NCBI GenBank assembly: GCA_964202895.1
Contig: CAXNJM010000001.1
Location: 909,675-973,674 of the forward strand
Reading direction: 5' to 3'
From: Rickettsiales bacterium UBA1997
Lineage (GTDB): Bacteria; Pseudomonadota; Alphaproteobacteria; Rickettsiales; UBA1997
DNA: 64,000 bases
Every line of letters starts with the position of its first letter. Within the stretch, counting starts at the first letter, position 1. The translations under genes and the position numbers were made by a program. A model generated the notes under the pieces. The model saw only the letters and a list, made by a program, of their open reading frames with translations, searched no databases and was not told where the DNA came from. Positions 61,619-64,000 of the stretch are shown here, piece after piece.

Positions 61619-62380
61619 ATGCCAAATTATCGTCTAGCTATATTATCCACAGGCCTAATATTTGGAATAGCCATTTGTAGCAGTGTTGCAACCTGCAAAG
61701 AAAATAAAAAAGAATCAAGTCCATTAAAAATAGATGAAGAGCTTAATTTTGAGAATAGATGGGCTTTTGATGATTCTGGAATTTTTAAAGAAATGGAAGA
61801 GATGCAAAAAAAGATGAAAATAATCTTTGATAATCATCAAAAGCAGTTGCAAATCCTACAAAAAGAATTTGATAAAACTAGCAATAAGGCTTCTAAAAGC
61901 AAAATTGCTTTTAGCGAAGTTGACGACGGCTATATTTATGAGCTAACTTTTTCTGGCTTTCAGAAAGAAGAGGTGGTTATAAATGTTGAAAATAATAATC
62001 TGTTGATATTTGCTAATAATCAAAAGAATTCTGGTTTAGAGTTAGAAAATAAAAAAGAATCTGTTAATAGTTTTTATTATTCTTTTAGTCTACCTGATTT
62101 TGATAGAAGTAAACAGCCAGAAATTATGAAATTAGAGAATAAAATAATTGTAAAATTGATTAAAAGCCCTAAAAATTTTGAGAAAGAAAAAAAGTTAATT
62201 GAGTCAGAAAAAAAGGTTAAAGAAAAAACGGTTAAAAAAGAAAAAAAGAAGAGTGATGGTTTGGAAGATAAATTAGTTGAAACCAGTGCTGAAAGCAATA
62301 AATCTGCCTCAAAAGCGGATAAAAAAGATATGCAATATAGCGATAACAGCTCGCTTCAAACAATTGATTGGCCATTCTAA
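61619..62380 (+). CDS. Hsp20/alpha-crystallin-domain protein with N-terminal signal peptide
   Basis: Hydrophobic leader; YELTFSGFQKEEVVINVENNNLLI...FYYSFSLP. Confidence 0.7.
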   Translation: MPNYRLAILSTGLIFGIAICSSVATCKENKKESSPLKIDEELNFENRWAFDDSGIFKEMEEMQKKMKIIFDNHQKQLQILQKEFDKTSNKASKSKIAFSEVDDGYIYELTFSGFQKEEVVINVENNNLLIFANNQKNSGLELENKKESVNSFYYSFSLPDFDRSKQPEIMKLENKIIVKLIKSPKNFEKEKKLIESEKKVKEKTVKKEKKKSDGLEDKLVETSAESNKSASKADKKDMQYSDNSSLQTIDWPF

Positions 62381-62417
62381 TCTATTTTAAGAGAATAAAT
62401 AAAAATAAGAGGCTTTT

Positions 62418-63809
62418 TTACTTAATAAATTGATTTGGCATTTCTCTTCTATAGCGATCAATTTCTGATTTTCTTGATCTAAACTTTGTTAATTCTGCCC
62501 CAGAAAGTTTAATTCCTGATACTGATTTTACTGATGCTGGGTTGATTTGATTGCCTTTATAAATAACCTCAAAATGAAGATGTGGGCCAGTTGAACGACC
62601 AGTGCTACCAACAAAAGCAACTACATCTCCTTGTTTTACTTTAATTCCATTTCTCATATTTCTGGCGAAACGACTAGCATGACCATATGCAGTTGAGTAA
62701 TCTTGATTATGTCTAATTTGTACAAAATTGCCATATCCGCCTTTAACTCCAGCATAAGTTATGGTGCCGTTGCCCGCTGCGATTATTGGGGTTCCTGTTG
62801 GTGCTGCAAAATCGGTTCCCTTGTGCATTTTTGAATAGCCAAGAATCGGGTGTTTTCTGAGCCCAAAGCCAGAAGAAACTCTTGCTCCGTTAATAGGAGT
62901 TCGAAGTAATGATTTACGAATGCTGTCTCCTTTTGCATCGAAATATTCTATTTTACCGTCAAGATAATGAATATAAGTTTCGATTTTTTTTCTTTTTAAA
63001 GATAATGAAGAATAAAGCACTGCACCATCTTTAATTTTTTTCCCATCTTCATCATAATAGCTTTCAACTAGCATTTCAAAGCTATCGCCATTTTTTATGT
63101 CTCTTTGAAAATCAATGTCATAGCCATAAACCGCTATCATTTGCATCATTGCGGTTGCTGAAATTCCTGACTCGATTCCATCGTTAAATAAGCCATTTTT
63201 AATTATGCCACGATATTTTGAATATCGTTTATTAATTTTTATTTTTCTTTCTTTGCCAATATATTTGCCATTTGCCTCTCTTTTAACTATAATTTGTCGT
63301 TCGTCGCTTTCTGATATTGCAATTTCTTCAATAATTGTTGAATGTTTAGTTTTGGTGATGTCCTGATTTTCTTGTGATGTTTTGTAGCCAAGTAGATTCT
63401 TAAATTTAATCTTAATTTTATTTTCTTGTAATATTGATTTTGAGTCTATTAATTTATTGATTTGCTTAACAATATTTTTAGCATCTTCATCATTGCTACC
63501 GAAATTTATTAATACCTTGAGTAGAGTTTCGTGTTTTTTTAGTTGATATTCTATATTTTGCTCTTCTTCAATGTTAATTCCAGATTCTGATATATTGACT
63601 TCTATTGGGCTTTTTATTCTTTTCTTTAGATTAAAATCGGTATAATCGTAGAATAATCTTTTGCTAAAACTAAATATCTCTAAAGCAAGAAATAAAATAA
63701 TTACTAGTAAAGAGATATATTGAGAGCTCTTATTGGCAATGGTTTTGTCAATAAATTGCAGAATAGCAATAATAATTTTATTGTGTGATTTATGATGCTT
63801 GTTATCCAC
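62418..63809 (-). CDS. M23 family peptidoglycan endopeptidase
   Basis: N-terminal TM; HKGTD, YGHAS, STGPHLHFE. Confidence 0.92.
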   Translation of the reverse strand: MDNKHHKSHNKIIIAILQFIDKTIANKSSQYISLLVIILFLALEIFSFSKRLFYDYTDFNLKKRIKSPIEVNISESGINIEEEQNIEYQLKKHETLLKVLINFGSNDEDAKNIVKQINKLIDSKSILQENKIKIKFKNLLGYKTSQENQDITKTKHSTIIEEIAISESDERQIIVKREANGKYIGKERKIKINKRYSKYRGIIKNGLFNDGIESGISATAMMQMIAVYGYDIDFQRDIKNGDSFEMLVESYYDEDGKKIKDGAVLYSSLSLKRKKIETYIHYLDGKIEYFDAKGDSIRKSLLRTPINGARVSSGFGLRKHPILGYSKMHKGTDFAAPTGTPIIAAGNGTITYAGVKGGYGNFVQIRHNQDYSTAYGHASRFARNMRNGIKVKQGDVVAFVGSTGRSTGPHLHFEVIYKGNQINPASVKSVSGIKLSGAELTKFRSRKSEIDRYRREMPNQFIK

Positions 63810-64000
63810 TTTCTTCTCAATTTTTTAATTAAAAATACTAAAAATAAAAGATAAAAAGTGCAAAATTACAAATAAATCAACTATTTTTGCAACAAAATAA
63901 GGATTAAATTTTGTAATTGGTTCTTGTAGCAGTAGTTTACGAATAAAGCTTTTTGCTAAATGGTTTTTTTCTTTTCTTTTTTCAATTTCTTCTTTGCTTA

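Noticed and set aside
63900-64000. 3' end of a minus-strand gene at the window edge
   Set aside because: Too little sequence to assign a frame or product with confidence

Overview
Very AT-rich alphaproteobacterial chromosome segment, most like a Rickettsiales-type organism with a fuller metabolism than Rickettsia (pyrF, hemE, dxr, katG, maeB); this taxonomic call is an inference from gene content. It very likely spans the replication origin. The bolA-hemE gap carries repeated DnaA-box-like 9-mers plus CtrA- and IHF-like sites, two parS sites flank parA-folC, and gene orientation flips at about 19 kb (14/18 CDS on minus to the left, 26/35 on plus to the right). RNA genes: tRNA-His, tRNA-Gly, tRNA-Arg, a divergent SRP RNA, a probable 6S RNA, and one unassigned structured GC-rich element upstream of secA. 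Accessory DNA: (i) a complete 3,068-bp IS1595-family element (24-bp TIRs, 8-bp TSD) carrying an apparently intact NgoBV/NlaIV-like Type II R-M system; (ii) two defence-like cassettes (GNAT + nonsense-interrupted AlbA_2/Schlafen-like gene; class III Fic + YobI/KAP-like NTPase), each bounded by direct repeats and edged by copies of one ~60-bp REP-like element; (iii) an orphan PaxB/Pyr4-type membrane terpene cyclase homologue; (iv) a decayed T1SS locus with an in-frame ABC-TMD::MFP fusion; (v) a four-gene lipoprotein cluster (LPP20/CsgG-like). Several core-looking proteins appear repurposed: a SuhB lacking catalytic residues, a REC-pseudokinase, a lipoprotein KatG next to a pseudoazurin, and an exported Hsp20. 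All family calls come from motif recognition by eye; no database searches were run.
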